A stretch of 64,000 bases of DNA, from positions 3,541,404-3,605,403 of the forward strand of contig CAJFCJ010000007.1 in assembly GCA_904063045.1 (NCBI GenBank), in the 5' to 3' direction. The stretch comes from Dimorphilus gyrociliatus. Its lineage: Eukaryota > Animalia > Annelida. This document shows positions 23,961 to 36,874 of this stretch, piece by piece. The notes beneath the pieces are model-generated. The model did not search any database. It had not been told where the DNA came from and saw nothing but the letters and a program-made list of their open reading frames with translations. Both the position numbers and the translations under genes were made by a program. Every line of letters begins with the position of its first letter. Within the stretch, counting starts at the first letter, position 1.

Positions 23961-26900
23961 CTAACTCTCCGTTTCGGCCTTTAATCCCTGACTTTTATGG
24001 AGTTCGTAGTAAAGTCCTTTGGCATTCATGAGTTGATGATGAGTGCCAGCTTCGGCAACTGAACCTCTATCGATTACGGCAATTTTATCAGCATTTTGTA
24101 CTGTTGAGAGTCTATGGGCAATTATAATGCAGGTTCTACCCTCTCTGGCCTTGTCAAGAGCATCTTGGACAACCTTTTCGCTCTCTGTGTCTAAAGCTGA
24201 CGTAGCTTCGTCAAGAAGTAATACTGTTTTTTAATGGGATAAAGAACAAAAACCGATTAAGGTACAAAACGCTATGGGAAGATTGATGGTAAACAGACCT
24301 GTTGGCTTTCGGATTAAGGCCCTAGCTATTGCTATTCGTTGTTTTTGGCCACCACTCAATTGGGTTCCTTTCTGACCAACGTTAGTCTCGTATTTTTCCG
24401 GCAACGATTCTATAAAATCGTGGATATTCGCTTGCTTTGCTGCTTCGATAATTAGCTCTTCTGATACATCTTTTTCTGACAATCCGTATTTAATATTCTC
24501 AGCAATAGACCGTCCAAATAGAATGGGCTCTTGCGTGACTATTGCCATTTTTGAGCGGACGTCGGAGACGCTTAGGTTTTTCATATTCTCTCCGTCAATT
24601 GCCTATGACAAGTAATAAAGATTTAGGGTAAATTTTCCTTATACTCATTTATCGTTATTTGATTTATATAAACTCACTATTAATCCTTTCTCTATTTCAT
24701 AAAACCTTTCGAGCAGTACTGTTATAGTTGATTTGCCAGCACCGGAACTGCCAACAAGGGCGATTGTAGTTCCAGGCGATATTTCTAGATTAAAATCTCG
24801 TAGAATTTTACTCTTGCTTCTCATTGGATAAGCAAAATCTATGCCTTTAAATGAGATTGCACCCCTAAAATTTTCCTACGGGTAGAGAGTACAACAACGT
24901 TTCATTAGTATATACAGTATTGTATACTTAGTTTACTTACCAGTTGTTTTCCAGCATTTTCCGAAACACCATCAATTAAGGGCACTCTATCTAACATTCT
25001 AAAGATCTTTTTCGCCGAAGTTTTAGCCTTTTTATATTCTATACTCATACCAGCAGACCTTCCAAGGGATGTTGCGCATACAGTAATTGTTATAGCTACC
25101 CTAAATATATCACCAAATTCTTGATCACCTATTTGAGATTGAAGAAATAAAATATATTGAATAAAAGTGGAAAATGATGATTCTTACCTATTTTAACAAG
25201 GTATGAGCCTATTGCAATAAGTCCACCAAAGCAAAAGTATTGTGCGCTAGTTGAAACTCCGTAAACAATACCAAACATAAGTGCTGTACGTTTCTCTTTT
25301 GTGTAGTCGCTTGTTACACCATCTTTAAATTTCTTTAAGAAATAACGTTCTTGCGATAACATTACTACAGTTTTTATCTGATTTAGAACTTCCGTTGCAA
25401 TCTGATTATATTGGAGAAGAAAAAGAAAAAGTTTGTAATTTTATCAGGGAAGGTGATGAGTACGGAATAGTAATATAATTAACCCTTTTGCAGTATAATT
25501 TAGAGAAGGTAATTAGGGGGAAAAAAACCTATTTTAATTATCTTTACTCACCGATTGAAGAGATTTAACAAAATCTTTCTTATGACGTTTATGCTTTGCA
25601 AAATTTGAACGTGACATGTACGTTTGTAATACGCCGGAAGATAGACTTAATGGTGCAAAAAGAAGAGCGAAAAGCGCTAATCTCCAACTATAATAAAATG
25701 CAATAGAGAGGGCGCACACTACCGTAGATACTGTGTATAGAAGTGTTCGAATATAATCGCCAAGTGCCTGTTCAATAAAATTGTGTTGCTATAAATATTG
25801 GAATTATTCGACCTAAAGACCTACTTTATGAACGTTGCCTGCCTCAGCAGCTAGCAGAGCGGTCAATGCACCAATACTATTGGTTGGTCTGTCGAACCAT
25901 CCAACTTCTTGCCTTAAGATACTCCTAAAAGTTAACTTTCTTAGACGTTCCGTAAGTCTTTCACCAGCAATTCCGAGCAAATAGACCTAAAGAGAATTAA
26001 TTTCATTAACGATCATTAAAACTATTCATTTTTTTACTAACAGCAAGCCAAGTGAACACTCCGTGAAGTAAAGCAATTAGCGCGAAAGCTAATGACAATC
26101 TTAGAGATTGTTCCTTCCTTTCATCCTTATCCAAAGTATCAAAATTCTGTTAATGGGATAATCGTATTAATTTTCGCTAAAACTTCATAATATTATTATC
26201 AATACTTACTGAAATTTGCTGACTAAGAGCAAGTGAGAAAACTGGCATAATGCATCCGTCAACAAGCGAAAAAAATCCTCCAAAACACAAATAGATAATC
26301 TCCGGTGAATTCAATTTCAGAAGTCTTAAAAATAATGATTTTCTCTTTTTTATAACCACTCCTGTATCGGTTTGACTACTATTTTCCGATATTTCCTCTA
26401 TGTCATCTTCGTCATCGGAATCATCAAGCTCTTGTAATTTTACATCATTTTCATGTATCATATCATCGTTAGTTAAATTCGTATCTACTACTGAATGGGT
26501 ATCCAGTTGATTTTTAATCAGTTGAGCGTATGCGCCGTCCTTCTCTAATAGTTCTTCGTGTGTGCCGTATTCGCATACTGAACCTTCATCTACTACATAA
26601 ATTCTATCGGCATTCCTAATAGTTGATAATCTATGAGCTATAACAATAGTTGTTCTATTCTTTGAAGCTCTATCAAGAGCCTCTTGAACAATTGCTTCAC
26701 TTTTGGCGTCTAGTGCCGAAGTTGCCTCGTCGAGGAGGAGAATTTCGGGCTTTCTAATTAAAGCTCTAGCAAGAGCGATTCTCTGTTTTTGACCACCCGA
26801 TAATTGAGTACCACTTTCACCGACCAACGTTTCATAACCATCAGGAAGGTTTGATACAAATTGATGAGCGTTAGCTAATCTTGCCGCTTCGATTATCTCA

Positions 26901-28653
26901 GATTCTGAGGCATCCGGTTTGCCCAGTGCAATATTCTCCATAATTGTTGTAGAAAACAACATAGGTTCCTGGGAAACGATACTTATTTGCTTCCTTAAAG
27001 ATTCAATATTGAGACTCTTAATACTTTTACTATCAATTCTAATATCACCACTTTTAAAGTTGTATAGTTTCATTAAAAGTTGTACAGTTGTACTCTTACC
27101 AGATCCACTTCGACCAACTAGAGCAACGGTTTGCTGAGGTTTAACGTGTATATTGAAATCCTTTAAAATTGGAATATCAGGTCTAGAAGGATATGAGAAA
27201 TGTACACCTTCTATTTCAATATTTCCATTAATATTCGTTAGTTTACTTCCGCTTGGATCGGCGTAATCAATTTCAGTTTCTTGGTCAATAATTTCAAATA
27301 CATTCGCCGCCGCTGCTTGAGCAATGGATATTTGCTGTAGGGATGGTAGACCATTTCCAAGGGCAATTACACCGACTAATATGCCAAATATGGTTGAGAT
27401 CATTTGTCCACCGTCAATAGTTCCATCATCGACCAGTTTATTACCATACCAAAATGGGAAAGCCATTGAACCCAGTGTTATTGTAAATTGTATACCCATG
27501 CCTAAACCGTTAACGAAAGCTTTTCTAATAGCTGTAGTCTTGGCAACAGATAATTTCTCTTCGTATTCATCGGAATGTTTTTTCTCTGCACCGAAAGCGA
27601 AAACAATACGAATTGCTCCAAAAGTTTCCGAAGCAATTGAACCAGCATGTCCATAGGCCTTTAACTCTTTTTGCGACATTTTCTTCATTGTCGACATAAG
27701 GACGACAATACTTGCCGCAATAATCGGAGACATAGCTAATACTATTAAACTCAATCGCCAACTTTGAGTAAAACCAATAACTAAACCGGTAGTAATTTGA
27801 GAAAAGGCTTGTAACAATGAACCAAGTTTGTGACCAACCGCGTCGGAAATTTCATCAATTTCCCTATAAAATAGAATTTATATGTTTATATAAGAAAATT
27901 CTAATAGGAATTAAAAAGAATACCCGAATAGTTTGGATGTAATTTCTCCAGTTTTATTATGATCGTACCATCCTTGATGCATTCTCATTAATTTATCAAA
28001 AGTTGCCATTCTAAGCTTTCTCTTTTGTTTTGCAGAGGTCAATTGCCAGAAGAACATTTGCATAAAACCAAGAAATAAGCATGTACAGGCAATTATCATT
28101 GAATAAGGTACAAGTGTCGTAACGATTTCATCGTGTATATCAAATCCAGAATCCGATGTATAATTAACGAATTTATTAATAGTTTGACTGTAGATAAGTA
28201 CATTTGCTGGAATGGCAACACCAACTGATAAACTTCCAAAAACTGCTAATAATACTAGCAATAGTTCACGACCAGTTAAATAGCGAAACTGCAAAGAGAG
28301 AACAGAGTTCAAAAAGTGTAACTAGTTCCTAGAAAACGGTATTGAAATCACTACATACAAGTTTAAAAAATGATACAGATTTCTTCGTCTTCTCTTTCCT
28401 ATCATCTTCGTTTTCAATTGGTTTATTAACCGAAAAAGATCTGTTTATATTTGAATGGAAAAAAGACAACAATTACATCAATTAAACCAAAGATAGAATT
28501 GATAGAATATATAAGGATAGAAAAGGATATATACACATTTTTAATACATTTAAATGAATCTTATAGATTGAATTTCGTATAGATTCTATATATTGTTCTA
28601 AGAGAAATAATAGAAATATCAATTTTTACGACTTACTTTCTCTTTGACTTCAT
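23961..28653 (-). CDS. ABCB1: Full-length ABCB (MDR/P-glycoprotein) transporter, TMD-NBD-TMD-NBD
   Basis: Two NBDs: GRSGSGKST and GSSGAGKST, both with [10 protein letters not shown] and [11 protein letters not shown]. Two transmembrane halves (GWYD and GWFD motifs) are joined by an acidic linker. Exons can be traced in frame from ATG 28653 to stop 23961. The exact vertebrate paralog cannot be assigned. Confidence 0.92.
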
Positions 28654-29534
28654 CGCCCTAAATGTTCTGGTTCTCGTTAGCTATGGGGTTAATATTGAGA
28701 TCATACGCACTGTATACTGTAGGTGGCAGTATTTTCCTATATATTCCTTAGTGACGTAGAGACAGAACTGAATGAAAATTTTTACTATTTTATAATATAT
28801 TCCATAAATTGCGCAATACATACTTCCATATGGGTAAACTGTTCTAGATTTTCGTTTTTGTAGGTTAGATTATTTCAATTTTTATACTCGTAATAAAAAA
28901 GCATCGCTTGGCCTATTTATCTTGAAAATCGTAAATTATATAGATTTATTTTTGAGGTCAAAGTTACGAAAATGCTAACAATTCAACAGAAGAGGTTAAT
29001 TACTTTCAACAATAGTTATATAGTGTATAATATATCTTTATATATATGTACAGTATGTATAACATATTCATAGGGCAATGAGCTACAACAACTAACATGT
29101 AGAGACATCTGTAATCTATTTCTAGCTTTTTCAAATTTGGCCTATTTTCAAATAATTTATTCCTTCTCCCCTGCCCTCAATGCGACAACAGCGACATCTA
29201 TATTTTAAAATGGACAACAGTTACAACAAGTTCGATTTAATTTATTCAGTGCCAAATAATAGAACTATTATTCCATTCTTCTCTTAAAAATAAATAAGTT
29301 ACACCATTTTAATATACTTTAACACATAGAAGATATTGAAATATTCTAATATATTCAATTTGATGAGGATCAATAGAAAGTTGATATAAAAAAGGAATGG
29401 TCTAAGAAATTTAAGCTACCAATTAGTTATTTTAGAATTTTAACATTATTGTTAAAAACTATATATGAATAAATTAAATAAAGATATTAAAAAGATCTTA
29501 ATATAGATTAGGAGAAGCTTAGGTCAGCAAAAAA

Positions 29535-29537
<3 letters not shown>

Positions 29538-29565
<28 letters not shown>
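29538..29565. repeat. (GA)n microsatellite
   Basis: Direct reading. Similar GA/CT runs occur near 17441, 36836 and 39495. Confidence 0.9.
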
Positions 29566-29570
<5 letters not shown>

Positions 29571-30311
29571 ATGTTAAATTATTAAATTTTACTTTAATAT
29601 TTACCATTTAAAAAGAAGAAAAAGAATAAAATAAAAAGTTGACATATTTTATTTAAACTAAGATTTCATTTTAATACTTTATTCTATATTTATTGAATTA
29701 TTGCATTAAATATATATATATATATATAAATATCTTCCCCACCATAGTCTTTTCTTTCTTTCTTCTTGCTTTTTAAGCCAATTTTTATATTGTTAAAGTA
29801 ATATTATTCAGAAAGTTTCTAATAATATCATTATCCAGTATTAAAAGTAAATTAATACCTGATTGACATACTTTTTTTCTCTCTTTCTCTCTCTCGTACC
29901 CTTTGTTAATAAAAAAATAAAGGGAAAAAGAATGAGGATATTACTATGATTATTCATTCTTAATCTGTAAATAAAATTCCTTAGCAATGACAAATCTACA
30001 AGGATGTTTTTGTTACTTATTTTGTGGTCATTGTATGAAGTTTTACTGTATTATTAATCGTATTTTTGTATATTGTTTATGATTAATGCCACTATTGTAA
30101 CTATTTCATTGTTAAAATAGGAAATAGTATATGCTAAATTTTCTATAGATATTTAGATCCGTGTTCTATGGTGAAATTATGAATACGGAAGCGGCTTTTA
30201 GAATATTGGAATTTTGGGCGGGAACTATTTTCGTATCCGTAAATACGAAAATAGAAGCGGAAATCATCATCCGGCCGATCGTTACCCTTTTGTCGTAAAA
30301 TTCAAGTCAAA

Positions 30312-31482
30312 ATGTCAAAGAAAGTATTAGTTATGAGCGTCAAAGACGCCAAACAACAAATTCACGATTCAATCGACTCAAAATCGGAAACAGAGTGAGT
30401 TTCAATCAATTTAAAGTCGAAAATTTTCGCAATATTATTTCGGACAATTAAACTTCAATCTTTGTTGTAAACAAACTTAATGAATTATATATTAGTTTAT
30501 TTCTTCGAGAAATGGTCCTTTAATTTTATCCCATTCACGATCCTTATTGATCAATACAATATTTATAAATTGAGGTTATGAAAATGCATGAATTTTATCA
30601 CAAATTTTCAAGTGATTGTAAGCTTTAGGCACAATCCTAACCAAACCTTTAAATGACGGAATTAATGATATGAACAGATATTGGGATCTAATGAGGAGCT
30701 GGTTTAGAGGTCAAATTGATAAGAAGAAGCTCGATTCGGAAGCAAAGCGTTTATTACCCAAAGATAGTGGAATTCGTTTGCATAATAATTTTATATTATC
30801 GCTTTTGGCAAAAGTAGCCGGAAACAATGGTTCGGAATCGACTCCGTCAATTTATCAAACAAATCAACCTGCAATCCTTCCTGAATCGGATTTGGAATTA
30901 CAAGCTATCTCTTCATTTACTCCAATTGATCCTCTTCTAGGTGCACCAATCCTTCATACAAGGGCACCTCATATTGATCAACAATCGCCCGCCTTTATTC
31001 ATAGACAATACGTTCTCCCAGACGATACCCAAATACACGGAAGAATGTTGGTATCTGCCTGGGAGTACGGTTTAGACGAAGTGAGCGAAGATGCAGTTCA
31101 ATTGCTAGTTAAAGCCATTGAAGAATATCTAAAAAATATACTAATAGTTATTTTAGGACGTCTAGCCGGTTGTGTGACGTCCAGTTCGCCGTTCAAATGT
31201 AATCCATTAGGAATTACTGGTGGTAAACCAGGAAGATTATCTCCCGTCGATTCGAATTTATACGACGAAATGGAAGACAAAGAGCTAGAAGACGTTACTA
31301 GACACGTTAGGGCAAGATTACATTTCGGTATTAAAGTTGTTAGTCTGTTCGACGTTTTAGACGGTTTACAATCTCATCCTGAAGTTATACAATCAAGAAC
31401 ATGCTTAGCGACAAATTTACAGAGAATTATCTCTAAACTATGGTATAGCGAACCTATAGATATGCAACAAGACTACGATTGA
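30312..31482 (+). CDS. TADA1: Transcriptional adapter 1 (SAGA subunit ADA1). Exons 30312-~30393 and ~30688-31482
   Basis: YWDLMRSWFRGQIDKKKLDSEAKRLL...LHNNFILSLL (SAGA-Tad1 N-terminus) and the histone fold LPDDTQIHGRMLVSAWEYGLDEVSEDAVQLLVKAIEEYLKNIL. Confidence 0.92.
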
Positions 31483-32628
31483 TAATCTAATAGAGAAGAG
31501 ACAATAGTGAAAGTGTACTCTTTATATTGTTTTCTTTGTTTTTTTTTTAATAAATATGCACTTAAAAAAAAAGGACAGCCCTTGTTTACTTGCAGTTAAT
31601 CACTCCCTTTATGATCTATTAGTCTTCTTCTCCCTTTGTTTTTATATTACGTTACAAAATTAACTTTGGACATAAAAAACGCTTGATTTATTGATAGTTG
31701 GCGCCATTCTTTCCTTTTTTTTTCTTTATTTCTCTCCTCTCTCTCTCTTTCTTTCTTTCAAGGTCCTTTATCTAAGTATTTATTACTATAGACTGAAAAC
31801 ATTAAATGATTAAATATTACGAGATTTGTCCTAATCAAATATTACATTACGAAAACAAATTGAATAGGTTAAATTAAAATATTATTTATATAGAATCTTA
31901 TATAAAAATATTAGCATTATTAAACATTATTCATTAATATAGTCCTATATTAGTTTAATTAAGGAACAACACTAAGAAAGTAGATAATTCTTAGTGGATT
32001 TATAATGTAATTTAATATACTCGATTACAACGTAAGGGAAATATTTAGTTAGTTTAAATTTATATTGCCAACTTTTTTTTATCTCTTTTCTTTCTTTCTT
32101 TCTTTCATTCTTAGCTAACATATTTCTAGTCTAAAAACTAGGACATTATATATATATATATATATCTTTCAATTAATTATATAATACAATAAAAGAAAGA
32201 AAGAAGACGTAGAGTTATTCTATTATTTTTCCTTTTTTTTTTATTCTTTTTTTTTTTTTACATTCAATGAATTGAAAATATTTTTTCAGAGAATTTTTCA
32301 AGAAAATCTCTTTAAAGAGAATTCAGAGAAAGAGAGAATAAAAGTTAAGTATGAAAACGTCAATTGTGATTTTCTTTTTTTGAACTGTTGCGAGCTTACG
32401 TGACTGACTATTGAATAAAAAAGCTAGTTTTATTCTAACAAATGGTGTTATTGTTGAAGACTTATAAAAAAAAGTCGTCTCTTTATGATCTGTAGAAAAA
32501 TAAATAATAAAAGTATGAAGAGAAGAAGGATAAGAGTGTTAAAATTTTAGGCATTTACCAACACTTGACTCCTTTTCTATCTATCTATCTATCAATCTAT
32601 CTAGCTCTCTTCTATGCTTTTATATATT

Positions 32629-32922
32629 TTATTCACTTTCTTGTCTGGATAGTGGAAAACCATTTGCATTAACTAAAATTCTCTTAGCACTTCTTTCGTC
32701 CTGACTTAAAAAATTACAATCATCGTTTAGTACTCTGTCTTTTTTCCATGTTTTTGGGAAATTGATACTAGCGAATGCCGGATCGCAACCAGTTCTATCT
32801 ATAAATCTAGTTGTAACATTCAAATACGACAGCAATGATCTATCAAATCTAGCTAACATTTTCTCCGGTTGGCAACATACAATTCTATCTTTTGAAATCG
32901 ATATAAAAAATGATCGTTTCAT
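32629..32922 (-). CDS. Hypothetical 97-aa single-exon protein
   Basis: ATG-started open frame with ordinary amino-acid composition, less AT-rich than the surrounding low-complexity DNA. No family recognised. Confidence 0.35.
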   Translation of the reverse strand: MKRSFFISISKDRIVCCQPEKMLARFDRSLLSYLNVTTRFIDRTGCDPAFASINFPKTWKKDRVLNDDCNFLSQDERSAKRILVNANGFPLSRQESE

Positions 32923-33754
32923 TATTTAAAAAAAGATAATAGTTCACTTACTAGACGTTGTCCAATAACTCTTAAGATTTCTATTTGATAGACTATTTGA
33001 TTTGTTCATAATTTCTTCATATTTATCTCTTATTTATTAAAAATAAAACATATATATACGTATATGTTTTAAAATTGTTACATCATCATAAAGTGACGAC
33101 GATAGGCAATAAACGAAGATATAGAAAAAGCGAAAAATATAATGAAAAGAAAAAACAAATGGAAAGGAATAATGCAGGTGAACAATAAGAGGAGGAGGAG
33201 GAGGAGGAAAAGAAGAGAGAACAAACAACAAATTTATAAAATAACTTGGAGGTAGACTATTAAATATTATATATCTCTTATCAATTTACTAAAGAAAAAA
33301 AATACAAAAATGATCTATTTTTCTTCTTCTTTTTATAATAATATAGCACCGAAAGAGAGGATAATAAAAAAAAATTCATTGCACATAAATCGGCATGCAG
33401 TCTTTCTCTTTTTTATATATGGAACATGAAAAAAGAATGAATGATAGAAAAGAGAAAGAAGTAGAAGAATAAAAGAGAAAGACAGAAAGAAAGAGAGAGA
33501 GAGAAAGAAAGAGAGAGAAAGAGAGACAGGAGAGATATGCATACAAAAAAATGAAAAAATTTCAGTTTGATTTTCTCCATTTTCTTTCCCTCTTTCTTTT
33601 TTTCTACTATTCAAATTTGTCTTCTCTCTCAATATGAATCTTATCTACTTGCAATATAGTCTCTTCCATATCTTCAAAGATACATTTATAAATATTGGGA
33701 TATATACTGTTGTTTCTTTTAAATGATTTATGTATCTAGTTTATAGTTTATTAG

Positions 33755-36700
33755 TTACAAAAATGATTTTTGAGCATTCGGATTTGTGCTTTCCGTTTCC
33801 CAAACTCTTCTTAATTGCGACACGCTAGGCATTGAAAATGTCCGATTAACGTTCTCGTCTGCTTCCTGAACTTCGTCACGATAATTATTATTTATAGTTT
33901 CGTTTATAGGCTTATTATTAATCGGAGGCGCCGGCGCCACCGCAGTTCTATCAACAGTTTTTTGAACTTTGGTGATTTTTTTATCTGTATACTCGTTTGA
34001 CGGATGGACGGGTCTTATCCAGGTTTTTCTATTCTTATTCGTATTGCTATTATTATTGTAATCATTTGACATTTTTTGTTGAGTGTATCGTTTTTGTTCA
34101 ATAACGGCCTTTTCCTCGTCACCATACTTTTTTGATAATTCAGCGTGCCAAGGCCTATCTTTCATTGATCTCTTCAGGGGTTCCGCCTGCTGCTCTGATA
34201 ATAGTTTTTCATAGTATTTTTGTTGAATGATCATTCTCAATTGGCATTCTGACCATCGGCAAGAATCGCTTTTTGATCTGTTTACACCTCGTCCCGATCT
34301 ACAACTTTTACTCTGTACATCGGATTTACTATGTTCTCTCGATATTTCTCGAAATTTACGAGATTTCGTCTTCAAACTTGAATTTGAACTCGATGATGCG
34401 TTTGAAGCCGACCTAGAAACGGATCTAGATTTTCTCTCCCTCATTTCCTTTTCGTAAATTGCGTCACTCTGGGCTTTTAGAGCCCTTGCTCTGTCGCTTC
34501 TTCGTTTCTGTTCTACTCGCAATCGATCTTGTTCTTCTTCCAATACCTTTTGCCTTTTGATTGCTTCGTCGTAGGTTGGAGGCTTTTTAGGCCTTGTTGA
34601 GGTGCTTTCGTCAAAGTTCAGATCTACGGTTGTCAATTTGGCAGTATTCCGTCGATGTAGGGCCAAATCGGCACCGCTACATGTCATACCACGTTTGAGA
34701 AGTATTTTTGGGGGTGGTGATTTTGTTTTAGGGTTTGAACGATTAAATGGTTGAACAATCATAATTTCAGTGGGTGATTCAAGGTCTAAAGCATCCGATC
34801 TCTGTAAATGCGGTTTATCATCGCTAAAACCGGAATCTTCTTTTTGACTTAGCTTTTCCGGTTTTCTCGATCGTCTTGCAGGTTTAATAGGAGCGATTTT
34901 TTGTTCGTCGTCCACACCGCAAGCCATACTCTCGCAAGTTGACAAACCTGAATCTCTAGATAGACTAGACGGTGAAACTGGTGCAGGCCTATTCGTTTCT
35001 AGATCTAAACTATCCAAAGACGCTTCATCCGTTTGTTGTCTGACTAATGATTCTTCCCTTCTGGACGTATCTGGAGTTGTAACATGTATATTAATATTGC
35101 ACGAATTTTCATCTAGTAGATTGACGACGGAAGATCCGAATATATCGGTTGAATATTCAATCAAAGTTTCCACAACGGCGTTCCAATCTAACATTTTCTC
35201 AATTTCTTCCATTGTGGCTAAATCAAACTCAGATCGACTAAGAGACGGCGCAATTGCCGTTGCAACGTTTTTTGTTATCATTTGATTAATATTTGAATTA
35301 TTGCAAACGTGATGAAAGAAACAAATTAAATGTTTGAGAAGGACGGCGTGACCGATGGGAAGGTCATCGACCAATATTTTAAGTTTGTACAATTTCTTTT
35401 CTAAACAAGGCTCTTTGTTCGCTTCTTCCCATTGTCCTCTTTCTTCAGTTGGCACGACGCAAGAGGGCAATTGTTTTAAATACTCTTTGAGAACAGTTAC
35501 AAGAATATGAGTATTCGTTTCCTGTTCCCAATCGACAATTCTCCCTTTATCTAAACATCCAACCAATCTTTTACATTCGCCAACATTTCCGCATTTTCTA
35601 ACAATTCCCTCAGTTTCGGTTCTCTTCGAGAGTTCGTGTAATAGACTATAGATAACGGGATTGAGGATACCGCCCTCATTAACAACTGTTAGCGGTTGAC
35701 CAAACAATTTCCCGCACTTCCTATCTCTAGACTTTGAACGAGACCTTTCCTTTTTGGAATTAGGCGATTGATAACTATCGAACGATCTATCCTCCCTTCC
35801 AAAAATATTCCAAGGTTGTCTAATTAACGATTTCCATTTACGTTTCTTTAATTGTTGTTCTCCGTTTCCGATTAATTTTGAACGACTCTCTGAATGATGA
35901 GAAAAAAATCTTGTTTTAGTCCTATAATTATGACATTGAGCCAATCCGACACGATTAAGTATTTTCGAAACTTTACCCATTCAAGAAAAATATAAGTAAT
36001 ATACAATTCATAAATATTTAACTTATATCATATTTATATTCGGTTTTTTTTAAAATTTAAATCAAATTCTTCTTATGAATCTTTTATTGACCAAAGATTA
36101 GGCCTAGTGTCTTGTTTAATAATATATAATTTCTATCATTCTTTTTCTTACCTCGATGACTCTTCATGATAAATTCAATTTCTTGATTTACATCTACGAT
36201 CCCCGATGACCTTTGTTCGTAGTGTCTTTTTATAGCGAAAGGCCTTTCGTGCCCAATTAAGGGATAGACAACTTTTTCTTCCGCTTTATCGACAACCCAA
36301 AGGGAGTATTGTTCAGGATCTTCAGTGTCCTATTTGAATAAAGGATATAGAGTAAAAAGAAAGTTTGATACACTGCAGGATATATATATCTCATTCGGTA
36401 TACACTATATATATATATATAGCATTTGCACGTGTATATAAGTTAGTTTAGCTAGTTTTATGGGCGTATTGAAGATCTTTTTATGATGAAAAATTATACA
36501 TACATCTCCATATATATACAGTATATATATATATAAGAATATTATGAATATTCATAAAATTATAACTTACCTTTATGTGAAAATGACTTAAACAGCGTTG
36601 AATAACTTGCTGTGCTGTATCCTTAGGCTGAATACTGATTATTCGGCTCTGCAGAACAGAATTCTTTTTCACCAAAGGAATCAAATATATATATACACAC

Positions 36701-36835
36701 ACACACATATACTGTATATACATACATAGACAAAACACGTGGTGGGGTTTTCTTTTTATTATTCTCTCTTAGTTATATTATATAACAATAATAGAACACC
36801 ACATAGGAGAGGAATAAAAGAGAGAATAAGATTGA

Positions 36836-36874
<39 letters not shown>

